Origin: Octopus vulgaris
Lineage: Eukaryota
Direction of reading: 5' to 3'
Assembly: GCA_951406725.2 (NCBI GenBank)
Contig: OX597816.1
Span: 158,286,001-158,350,000 of the forward strand
DNA length: 64,000 nt
Shown here: positions 49,101 to 62,300 of the stretch, in pieces
Layout of the letters: each line of letters starts with the position of its first letter
How positions within the stretch are numbered: position 1 is the first letter of the stretch
Notes under the pieces: model-generated
What the model saw: only the letters and a program-made list of their open reading frames with translations
What the model was told of the DNA's origin: nothing
Database searches by the model: none
Made by a program: the position numbers and the translations under genes

Positions 49101-52100
49101 AATATAATTTTTATGTAGCATACATTCATTTTTCTACCCTAGCTTGGGTGGGGATAGTCTTTGCAAATTTGCCGCGTGACTGTTGAAGCTATTGTTCTTA
49201 CATCTGAAAGAAGTTTGTAAAGTTAAATCAGCCAATTCTACCATTGGTATGAAAGCAACATGCAATCAACTAAGAAAACTAAGATGGATATTAGGAAAGA
49301 CAAAGAGTTAAAGTAGCTTAGCTTTAATAAGGAATTTCTTCATTCTGATGAAAGACGTATGGTATTATACTCACTTTCCCTTTCTTCTCAGCAGGTTCTG
49401 TTACACACTAACCTCAAAGTTTCAATATTTATTGCCCTTCTCAGCCTCAAGAGCCTTATTCTCAGTCCTATTTTTTCCAGCCAAAATGCCTTTCTACATG
49501 AATTAAGACCAACATTCTTTTCACCTGATCTGAGTATAAACAAAATTCTAAATCAGTCTTGGGGAAAACTGCAGCCAGTAGGACTTTCTGAATGGCTTAA
49601 TGAGAAATTAGTTTGAATTCTTTTTAGTAGCATGGCCTATCTGACGATGAGCCATGTTTCATATGGCCTGCTTCTTAAAAAAGTTGCCCATGTCTGTTCC
49701 AGACCTCCTCAGTATAGTTGACAACGTCTCGTTGTATACATCACTACCATAGGGTTGTTGCCTGAGTGGTGCAAATGTTGTCATCTGCCAAGAGTAGGGA
49801 ATCACTATTACAATGTATCCTCCCACAGGATGATGATGATGATGATGATGATTATGTATCTACAATAGATATATCATCATCATCACCATCATCATCATTA
49901 TTATCGTTTTAATGCTCACTTTTCCATAGGTTGTATGGAGGATATTGTTGTAGATTTTCCCTTCAGATGCTCTTCATGTTGCCAGCCTTTACCTGTTTCC
50001 AAGCAATATTTCCCTATGGCCACATATGTTTTCACAGAAAATTGGAAATGAATGACATTCATTTACAACAATCACATGACATCAAGACAAGGACACACAC
50101 ACACACACACACATGATGGGCTTCTTTTAGTTTCTGTTTACCAAATCCACTCGCAAAGCTTTGGTTGGCTCAGTGCTACAGAAGACATTTGCCCAAAGTG
50201 CCATGCAGTGGGATGAAACCTGAAACCATGTGGTTGGGACGCAAACTTCTTTAACCACATAGCCACACCTGCACTCGTAAAATATTTTTGTTATTTTACA
50301 GATACCAGTAAAATGAAAGAAGAGAATCAGAAAAGTCCACAGAAACAAATATTGAAAATATTTCAAATCAGTTTTAGATTTACCGAATCAGGAAATTCAC
50401 TCTCATCAATGTCATTCTCTATGAGAATTCCTTTTGTCTCAGTTTCAATGTCTCCCGATTCTCCAAGGCATTGTAAAAGACTCCTGAAAGAAGAAAATAT
50501 ATATTAAATATCAACATTTCTAAAACATTACGAATAACTGTCATTAATATAAGTGAAATGATTCTGTTGTTACCATTGTGATTGTTGTTGCATAACCCCT
50601 GGATAGCTTCAACTGAGCACACTTATGGCACAAAAGTGACTGGTTGAACATCTTTGTGCAAACTGTAGATAATCTATTGTTCCATGTGTGGCATGCATCT
50701 ACCTAGTTGAGCACCATACGGCTCGCTTTTGGTATGAGACATGATTATCAGCTGTTAATGAAGGAGTTTAATTACTTATCAATCTTGATACTAGTGCAAC
50801 AGTTAATTAACATTTGTACATGCTTGTGCCACATAAAAAGCACTAAGTCCACTCTGCTGAGTGGTTGGTGTTAGGAAGGGCTTCCAGCTGTAAAAATCCT
50901 GCCAAAACAGTCACAGAAGTCTGGTGCTGGCTTTGGCCTGGCCGGCTCTTGTGGTACCATCCCACCCATGCTAGCATAGAACACGGGCATTAAATGATGA
51001 TGATGACATGTTAAAGTTAAAATTATTTCAAAGCCAATACAAATTTTAAATTATTTCAAAGCCAATACAAAACAGAACAACTGTTTACATTTTACCTTTA
51101 CTTTTAAATTTCAGGTTTAAGACTCCCTTGTCAGGAGAAAATAGAGGATGGTGTCAAGCTGGTATCTTTTGCTCAGATAAGTTGGTATGAGGTTGTAGCA
51201 TGCATAGGCTGATATTGTATAATGCCTTGTGCAATTCATGGGAGCATGGCTTAGTGGTTAGGGTGTTGGACTCATGATCGTAAGATTGTGGTTTTGATTG
51301 AGAGTGTGATGGACGCTCCTACATGCCACCAGCATGGGTGCCAGTTATATGACACCGGCATCGGTCACATTGCCTCCCTGAGGCCCAGCACTTGAATAGT
51401 GCTTTTTTACATGCCACTATAACATACAATAATAAAAAAACTCAAACTACACTATTCTTATTATCTCTGCCTTAGCGAAGGCAGAGGTATTGTTTTCAGT
51501 TGTGTTTGTTTGTCTGTGGACAAGATATCTCAAGAACTGCTGGATGGATTTGGATGAAACTTTCAGGGATGTTTGGCATCATGACTGGTATGAACTGACT
51601 AGATTTTGGGATCAATCCGGTACTAGACAAGGATTCTGGATTATTCTTCTGGTTTCTTTACTTAATTTTTGAGAGCAGTCGGGTTCATTTTCAGTATTCT
51701 TGTTTGTGAGAGCGAGTTTGTTTCAGATATTCTCATTTTAAAAATCATCTCTGGCTAATCGTTGAGAGGATGCTGGTGTTGCCTTGGCAGAGGTTTGTGT
51801 TCTCTGAGTGCTCTTGTTTATATAATACTTCTCAAGTCAGGCAAAGCTTTACTAATAATTTAAGACTATTCTGTTACATTTAAACTTTAATACAAAATCA
51901 TTGTACATAGAATGACCTTTGTGATTACCATAGAGACAAAATAGATTCGATTACAACAAGAATAATCAGAGAGCGCAAACCACTGCTAAGGCAACACCAA
52001 CGATTAGCCTGAGATGATTTTTAAAATGAGAATATCTGAAATAAACTTGATTGCACTCACAAATGAGAATACTAAAAATAAACCCAACCACTCTCAAAAA

Positions 52101-55100
52101 TTAAGTAAAGAAACTAGAAAAATAATCCAGAATCCTTGTCCAGTACCAGATCGGTCCCAAAATCTAATCAGTTCGTGCCAGTCACGAGGCCAAGCATCCC
52201 TGAAAGTTTTATCCGAATCCATCCAGCAGTTCTTGTGATATCTTGTCCACGGACAAACAAACAAACAAACACAACTGAAAACAATAACTCAGCCTTTGCT
52301 AAGGCAGAGATAATAACTAATGAGTATTTTAACTTCTTTTAAAACTAATTTCTCCTGAATAATATTTCACATGTAAGACTTTTATAAATGAAAACACTTA
52401 CCCTAGCGTCAGGGTTCCAGTAGCATTTTGATTGAGAATTTTGGCAACAAACAGTACTCTAGAAAAGTCTTCTGGACGTTGTAAATATTCTAAAATATGA
52501 AGAATGATGAAAGTTTAGCAAAAAAAAAAAAGAGTTGATTGAAATTGATAATTAACACTGATTGGTTTAAAGTTTGATTAAAAAAAAATTATTCATGAAA
52601 TTTAAGTGAAGTTTTAATCAACAAAGAATTAATATAATGCTTGGAATTTCAAGAAGTTATAAGTTTGTGACTTCTCAAGGAAAAATGGCAGAATCAATAA
52701 GATTCTGAACAACTATTTTACAATACAAGATGTTCTGGGAATGGTTTTCAACCTTGACTGAATAAGGATTGAAAAATCACTCCTCCAGTATATCCTATCC
52801 TAAAAAATTCTATAGATGATTCATCTACAGAATTACTGGAAGTTATCTTTAACAAATAGTGTTACAATTATTGTTTTTTCTTTTATATCCTTATTTCTCT
52901 TTAAATATTATATTACTGGCTCTAAGTTCAAAATATGGCAATTTTCATTCAGTTATATATATATATATATATATATATTACTTCAAAGAAATCTTGATTT
53001 ATGACAGCCATTTAAACTGTCTTTTTACCCTATCCATAAAGGATAGATTCTAGTTTCTATTAGACTTGATAAATTAGTCTATAAATTAGAACTAACCCCC
53101 CCCCCCCCACCACCACCACTAGTAAATCTGAAGAACAAATATAATCAATGATAAGCAGTGTCTTCCTTTGAAAAAAAATCTCAGTTACAACTGTTATGTT
53201 GTTGATAAAACATGTTCTTTGTCTATCTACTTATCCTCTTTGTGATTTTGGATAATAAGAAAACTATACAAATGAATCTTTTAAATTTAACTAAATTCTA
53301 TATTTTTATGCAGCTGAAGATTGCTCTACATTTTAAATTGATGTAATGTTTGCATTGTTCAATTAAATGGAGTCGCATGAAACGATCGTACTGCATTACC
53401 TCTGGATATCCTTGTTGCTTATTTTGATTATATATATATAAAACTATGTTGATAATACAAATGTATTTAAAGAATAAAAGATAGTAATGTCTTCAAAGTT
53501 TGAAGAAAATTAACTGGTGTAGCTGTATGATTAAGTTCACTTGGCAATCAAGTGACTCTAGATTCCTTTGAACTGCACAGCCTTGGGTCAACAAATAATT
53601 TGTGAGTGAAATTTGGTACACGGAAACTGTGAGGATACCCATCATGTCTGTGTGCATGTGTATATGTATATATCCATGTGTATGTCTACATCAACAAGCT
53701 GGTGTAAAGCAGTAAACCCTGCTGTATTTATGCCCAACTGAACTACCTCCCCTTACACCAATGATAAATATCTTGTATCCGACAGCAAATACCAAATAAA
53801 TACCCAAATTCTCAAGTTGATATAAACGACTAAAAGTCTTGAAAGTGGCGCCCTAGTTTGGCCACAGTCCAATAACTGAAACCAGTGCAAAAAAAAAAAA
53901 ATAGTAAATAAAGAAGAATTTACCTTTAGGACATTCCGAAAGAGGAACAGATAATCTTGGAATTCGAGAATCAATTGGATTAAAGCGAACACATTTATTA
54001 TTTGCCATGCCAAGATGGCCAATACATTTACGAGGATGTTTCTCTTCCAGAACTAACAATACCTATGGAGTAAATAAATAAAAAAAAATTACCAATATAA
54101 CTTTTTTTTTTTGCCCAAATTTGTGTTGGGCTGCATCTGACCTACAATAAATTCTAATGGTACAACAGTTATTCTGTACCCAAAAGTTTTATACAGTCAT
54201 ACACAAATAGACATATTCTTCATTTTTATGTGAAGTTATATATAAAAACTGTTGGACATTAAATTGAAAGCTCACTCAATACTTTTCAGTAGAGTGACAT
54301 ATTTATTAAAATTTCCTTTTTTTCTACTCTAGGCACAAGACCCGAAATTTCGGGGGAGGGGGCCAGTCAATTAGATCAACCCCAGCACACATCTAGTACT
54401 TAATTCATCGACCCCGAAAGGATGAAAGGCAAAGTCAACCTCAGTGGATTTTGATCTCAGAATGTAAAGACAGACGAAATGCTGCTAAGCATTTTGCCCG
54501 GCATGCTAACGTTTCTGCCAGCTTGCCATCTTATATTTATTAAAATATTACAAGTTGATAGTAACTGTGAAGTTTTGGTTTCCTAGCCAATATCAGGCAC
54601 AACAGCGTTGATTGGTAGAATCATCAGAGCATCAGACAAAATGCCTTCAAATATCTAAGTTCCAGCCTTTTTAGAGTCTGAATTTAAATCCAATCCTGCT
54701 AAGAACCATGAAAAACATCAAAGGCAATGCTCTTTCTCTTCTGATAAAACCATTAAAAAATTCCAACAAATTACTTGTTAATTCTGCAGGAATGCTGCTG
54801 ATTATAGTTATACTGCTAGTGGTACCTACTTACAGCCAGGTGGACTTAACTGTTGACAGCTGATGATCACAAACACATACATGGCTGATGACAATACAGC
54901 TTGCCCAGTACAATATAAAATTACTGCATCAGTAAGTTGAAGTACTAAACAACTGATGAATACTTCGTTAGCTTGCACTAGAAGTAAGTTCACATCTCAA
55001 AGAATTTCAAAGAGGAAACAGACATCTTTCCTGAAAGCAAATTAGAGAATCTCCACTAAATGGGCATCTCCAACTAGGAAAGATTCAGCAATTAATTAGT

Positions 55101-56329
55101 TCTCTTTGTCATTCTTGCACAGAAGATATCAACTGATTTACAGATATGACTTAGTACCAACTTGCTGAGCTGGTGAGAGAATACTTCTTTGACATATCCT
55201 CACGCTATTAATTAATCAGTGTTATCAATAATTTAAAATCTATATTAAATTTGAACTAAGCAATTAAAATATCTATTTTGATGCATGCATTCTGACTTTT
55301 AACACTGTTATCATTACCTTCCCAGTACGCTGAATATACATATCCACACTCTTCCGATCTTCTAACACTCGCTGCAAGTTAGCATCCTGGTTCAAATCCC
55401 CAATAGATGTGTATTTTTTCCCTGGTAGATCTTTCTTTTGAGGAGTCCTAAAAAAATATGAATGAAAATCAAATTAAAAAATTAGCTGTCACTTAGAAGT
55501 GGGCAAGATTCAGTACCTTGTTTCATGCTTTCACTAATTGCTTTAAGTGTCTATGGAACAGATAGACACCTTCTTGGTTCACTGGAACATTGAAGAAGTG
55601 GCAGCTGGGGGAGAGAGAGAGAGTGCTGCACCTGCAGTCTGCTGGTATTCATTTACAGTTGAGTAGGCTGGAGCAATACAAAATGAAGTGACTTCCTCAA
55701 GGACAAATGTTGTGTCCTGTACATGAATCAAACCCATAATCATGATTGTCAGTCTTACACTCTTAATAACTAGGTCATGTACTTTCACTGAATATATGAA
55801 CAGAAATACAAACATACATATATCGTTGCTATTATGTTAAACTGTCATATGTCCAAATTTGGCCAAATGCGTTTATTTTTTCAATATTTATTTTTGCTTG
55901 CAACAGCTGGTTCTTTTGGTCAAACTATCCTATCTCCAGCTGCTTCAGATGCCAAGATATCACCAATTGTCAAAGTGTAGTACAACGGTTTTGCTATAGA
56001 ATGGTGAAACTATTTTTCTCTTTTCTGAAAAAGCAACATTTTGGACTTACGGCACTTTTGCATAATAGCAACGATATACATACACATGTATACATATATA
56101 CTACTAATATAGGATGAAATTTTTTTACAGAAAAAAAATTTCATCAAAAAAGTGGCAGCATATTAAAATACCTTTAAAGGTTAAAATTATAAACAACTTA
56201 TAAACAAGGGCAAAAGAAAATTATTTCTATGCCAATATGCTGATAACAGACTTTTAAATTGTCAATTTCCACATATTATTATACCCACTACAGCACAACG
56301 TATTTCTGTAGTGGGTATAATAATATGTG

Positions 56330-56383
<54 letters not shown>

Positions 56384-59300
56384 GTTAATCAAATATATCC
56401 TTTGAGAATAAAGTGTACTGGATTTCAGATAGTTGCTCTTGATAGGAGAAATGTCTAAAACCTTAAAAGTATTTAGAGATTCAATTAAAGCGATTATATA
56501 TTAGAGAGTAAAAGTAGGAAAAATTACATCGTAAAAATATAAGAATATGAAATATAACAACACCTTTACCATACGATTTTAAATAGCATCTCTTTCATTC
56601 GATTTACTACACAGAAATTCATCGTTTTCTCTGATGAGAGGATATACTTCCTAATAATTGCTATCAACTTTGGATTTCATTTCGAAAGGTAGTATGTTCA
56701 TGAAACGATTGTAAGATCTCTCAAATCTTTTTAAATGATCATAGCTATACTTCATATTTTTATTTATTTATACAATTTTGTTTATATTATGGACGTATCG
56801 CTGCTGTGATTTTCATGCTATAATTTTTCCTACTTTTACTCTCATATAAATATATAAAACATGTTACTAATTTTTGTGGAAAAATTATATTAATGCAAAA
56901 ATATATTATCCACTGAAGATAACTGATTATCGTTGAAATGTTAATATTTTAGATTAGGGAACTGATAAGAATATGAAGTCTTCATCATGAAGTCTACTGA
57001 GATCTGGAAATTGGACAGCAAACAATTTATAAGCAAACGCAATGGAAACAAAGATGTCTAAAATCTGCAGCCAAGTCTTACAGGAATGTGGTTTGGATTT
57101 AGATTTTAACCAAGCAGAAAGAAAAAAACTAAGGAGTATCACATGTCCAATGATTGAGATGTATTCTTTTATATTTTACTTGTTTCAGTCATTAAACTGT
57201 GGTCATGCTGAGGCACCACCCTGAAGAATTTATAGCTGAATGAATGGACCCCAATACTTATTTTTGTTTTTTTAAGCCTGGTATTTATTCCATCAGTCTC
57301 TTTTGCTGAACTGTTAAGTTACATGGACATAAACACACCAGCGCTGGTTATCAAGTAGTGGTGGGGGGACCAACACAGACACACACATATATATATTTAT
57401 ATATGATGTGACAACATTCTTTCAGTTTCCTTCTACCAAATCCACTCACAAGGTTTTGGTCAGTCCAAGGCTGTAGTAGAAGACACTTGCCGAAGATGCC
57501 ACGCAGTGGGACTGAACCCAGGACCATGTAGTTGGAAAGCAAACTTCTTAACACACAGCTATGCCTGCGCCTATATTGTAGATTGTTAAATACCTACAGT
57601 ATGTCAGAATCTTCAACCCTTCAGCATTTAAACCAGCCACATCTAGCCCAAATACTATACCTGTTTTACGTTCAAATTGACCATATTCAGCCTCTCACAC
57701 CTACCCTACAATGTCACATAAAAAACAAACAAGTACATCATCAAAATCATCATCATCATCATCATTTAACGTCCGTTCTCTATGCTAGCATGGGTTGGAC
57801 GGTTTGACCAGGGATCTGGGAAACCAGAAGGCTGCACCAGGCTCCAGTCTGATCTTGCAGTGTTTCTACAGCTGGATGCCCTTCCTAACGCCAACCACTC
57901 CGAGAGTGTAGTAGGTGCTTTTTATGTGCCACCGGCAAAGGTACCAGGCATGGCTGGCAACGGCCACGATCGGATTGGTGCTTTTTACATGCCACCGGCA
58001 CAGAAGCCAGTCAAGGCGGCGCTGGCATCAGCCACGTTCGGATGGTGCTTTTTATGTGCCACCAGCATAGAAGCCAGTCTAGGCGGCGCTGGCATCGGCC
58101 AAGGCGGCACTGGCATCGGCCAAGGTGGCGCTGGCATCGGCCAGGCGGCGCTAGCTGCAATGAAAAGAAGCTGCATGAGTAATTCAAAACAGTGTGGATA
58201 AATAAGCATTACGTTTGATATGGTAATCTAAATTCTAAAGGATTAAGTTATCACTGAAGAAAGAACATCTCTGATTGAAATATTACCTTTTAAGATTAGC
58301 ATCCACACTAGTATTGGCTCTGCTCTCATTTGAAGCTTCTTGACAAGTGACTGGTTGTAGGTCTTTGTTCAACAGAGCTTGTGGTGAGCTACAGCTAGAG
58401 GCTGCAGCAGGTTTTGCATCTTTGACAGCTGGGTCGTCTGTTATGCTGGTGTTAGCAAGGAGCTGTTCAATACCATCGTTATCGTCAGACTCTGATGTAA
58501 AATTTGAATCCATTTCTTTCTTGTTTACCTTCAAAATAAACAAATAGTTTTTAATTCAGTATCACACAACAAATCATCGTCATCATCATGTAACATCCGT
58601 TTTCCATGCTGATATGGGTTGGACAGTTTGTGTATGTATACGTATTTGTGTGTCTGTGTTTGTCCTCTTTCCATTGCTTAACAACCGATGTCAGTGTGTT
58701 TACGTACCCGTAACTTAGCAGTTTGGCAAAAGAGACCGAATAGGTACTAGGCTTACAAAGAATAAGTCCTGGGGTCGACTTGTTCGACTATAGGCGTTGC
58801 CTCAGCATGGCCACAGTCAGATGATTGAAACAAGTAAAAGAATATCAGACATGAACACTGTTGGACAAACCTGAGAGTATTTGGCTTCACAGATATTGTG
58901 GTTTAGGACTGAATCTTTTAACTCCAGTCCATTCCAGGAAATAAAAATTAACATTAACATATGACAATGATGTCAACTTATATTTTCATCTTCATCGTTT
59001 AACGTTCGTTTTCCATGCTAGCATCGGTTGTCAACTTATATTTTATCTTCAACTAGCAGTATCGCCTGGCGTTGCTCGGATTTGTAAGGGAAATAACTAT
59101 ATAAGCATTTTAGAGAGTTACTTCCCTTATATAATAGCAAAAAATGATGGTAAATTTTTTTTTAAATCGTAGACTCATCGTAGACGCGCGCTAATACCCA
59201 GAAAGGCTCGATATGAATCACGACTATAAGATACCCGCTTTTGGTTACACTGCACCGCAAAATGTGGGAGTAGTTAGGAATCTAAATCATAGGAGACAGA

Positions 59301-62300
59301 CACACAACTTCACTTTTATATATAAAGATAACTTTTATCACAAAGAGAACAAAAACACAACACTATGTAGCAGACCCAACAAACTGACTCCATGATGGAA
59401 TCCCACCCTCACCTCAAACCACTAAAATACAAAAGATAACAAATGATGATGATCATTAAAGAGAATTACCTTCCATTTAGTTTTGTCATTGATGACAACA
59501 AGGACTAGGTCTCCATTAAGAGCTGAGTTACGATTCTTTGTGCCACAGATGTAGATATCTGAGTGTCCATCCTAAAGAAATTGGTTTAAAGAGAATGAAA
59601 TAACAATGTTTTAATTTTTTCAAGTAATATGCATGGATTGATTGAAGAACATATTTTCAGGCATGTCTTTAAAATCACTAGGACTACTGCTTATGTCCCT
59701 CCTATATGTCCATATTTAACTTAAGAAAACAGAAAAATTATAGCCATCTCATAGAAGAAATCCCTCTCACTCTTGATCCAGCAGAACACTGAGTATGTGG
59801 CAGTTGGAGGATGAGAGGAATGTACTAGCACTCAGCTGATATTCATTTCAACTATGGAATCATCATCGTTTAGCGTCCACTTTCCATGCTAGCATGGGTT
59901 GGACGGTTCAACTGGGGTCTGTGAAGCCAGAAGGCTGCATCAGGCCCAGTCTGATCTGGCAGTGTTTCTACGGCTGGATGCCCTTCCTAACACCAACCAC
60001 TCCGTAAGATGTAGTGGGTGCTTTTTACATGCCAGACGGAGCTGGCAAACGGCCACGAACGGATGGTGCTTTTTACGTGCCATCCGTTCGTGGCCGTTTG
60101 CCAGCTCCGTCTGGCACCTGTGCGGGTGGTACGTAATGTGAAATGAAATAATCTTTATGGGCTCTCTCGAATAAATGGACTCAATGTCATAGACATTTAA
60201 CTTGCATTTTTACACACAGTGTTTGTAAAGATATCATAATTAGCGACAGACTTAAGTGAAGCTGTGAGTCTGAGGCAGAAAGATAGGGAAGAGTGATTAG
60301 TGATGGACCTAGAAATGATGCACAAAATGTGTGGCCAGTGGAAGAGAGAGCCAGAAGCTTTGAGTGGGTATAGTACACAGTTTGCTAGTTTCAGAAGAAA
60401 CTAGCATTACGTTTGTAGTGAAGACATAATGCATAATAGTTGAGTCTATACAGATTTCTGAAGGTACTGCAGGATATATACTTTACCATTTTGAACAGTG
60501 TTAGCACTGTAGAAATGACAAACATTCTGTTGGCTGAATGCATCAAGTTCACTTTCTTGAATTGTGGAAAGCTTTTGCAATGGACTGCCATCTTTATCTC
60601 TTATCTACTTAATATTATGGAATCTATAGAGAAGAACCAACTTTATGGATGTCTGTGACCCAGGTTTAGCTTAACACGACATTCTACATGCCACAGTCAA
60701 CTGAGTAAGGAATAGGTTCTAAATCTTCTGAGGATAATACTTGTAACATTGGCTGGGTATTACTTTAAATTTGGTGCTAAACATTAGGGTCTATAAGCCC
60801 TTGAGGGATTTTGCAGAAGTTTCTGTTAATATTTAACAAAAATAAACTAAAATGAAAGAAAGAAATAAACTCACTGGGTGTGGTACATAGCAATCTTTGT
60901 AGTCCTTAGGGTTGATTCGAATTTCACCCTGATGGAGGAGAAATTGAAAAAAGTTAGTGAGAAAAAGGATTAATAGGAAGGGATAAATAAGACAAAGAAT
61001 AGTTTTTCTATATGTTGATGTAATGATTAACAAGATATATGTTTAAAATAAACCTTGAGTAATACAGGTAATACTTTCCCTGCTCACAGAGGTCAGGCAG
61101 AATTCATCAAGAAGGATTTTTTACAAGCCAAATGCCCTTTCCCACATAACCAAACATGTTTATATAGAAGACTGAAAACGAATGGCACTGCTTGTGTGAT
61201 GGTGACACTAGTTTACAGCTATTATACAATGTCAAGACAAAAAAGGCACAAACACGCACGCATGCACACACAGGCACACATACACACAATGGGCTTTTTT
61301 CAGTTTCCATCAACCAAATCCACCCACAAGGCTTGGGGCTGTAATATATGATACTTGCCCAAGGTGTCCTGCAATGGGATTGAACCCAAGACCACATGGT
61401 TGGCAAGCAAATTTCTTAACTACAAAGCCATACCTGCAGAGAAGTGTGGAATAAAATATATAAAGAATTCAGGACACAATAACAAACCCTTGTGACATTA
61501 TGGTTAATCTTACATAAGGACCTTTGTGTAAGCAACAGCTTTCACAATGTGTAAAGGCTCAGCATTTTCTGAAACCCTTTCAACATCATTGCTGCTATAG
61601 GAAACACATAATATTAAAACACTGTGAGGGAAAATAGAATTATGATAAATAGATTTGAAAGAAAAGTTCTTACTATTATTAGGTTGGGATTATTTTTAAC
61701 TCGTTCTTCGATGTCTTCGATTTTCTGAAAAATAAAATAAATAAATAGATAAATAATTAAATAAAATAATCAAATGTTTATAAAAAAGTACTTTGAATTT
61801 GATAAAGTTTCAATAGTTATGTGTTGGACAGGCGGTACTGGCATCGATGATGCTTGAATGGTGCTTTTTATGTGCCAGCAACATGGGAGCCAGTCAGGCA
61901 GTAATGACATCGACCAGGCTTGAATGGTGCTTTTTACTTGCCACAAGCATAAGAGGCAGTCAGGCGGCACTGGCAACAACCATGCTTGAATGGTGCTTTT
62001 TACGTGCCACCAGCATGGGAGCCAGTGAGGTGACACTGGCAACGACCCACGTTTGAATGGTGCTTTTTATGTGCCACCGGCGGCAAAGGAGCCAGTCAGG
62101 CGGTACTGGCAATGAGCACACGAAACATGCATATATAATATATATATATATATATGCTTCTTTCAGTTTCTGTCTACCAAATCCACTCACAAGAAAAATA
62201 TGAAAGTATATTTGGCCAGCCAAAAAAAAAAACCGGAATAAACAGGTTGAACACAGAGATATCTTCTACCAGTTAACCACTTCTCACAATGACTTAATAC

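Noticed and set aside
57782-58201. Recurrent ORFs of the MLAWVGRF...[15 protein letters not shown] type (889, 7540, 48927, 57782, 59899)
   Set aside because: These are chance translations of the antisense RTE 3'UTR repeat, not a gene family.
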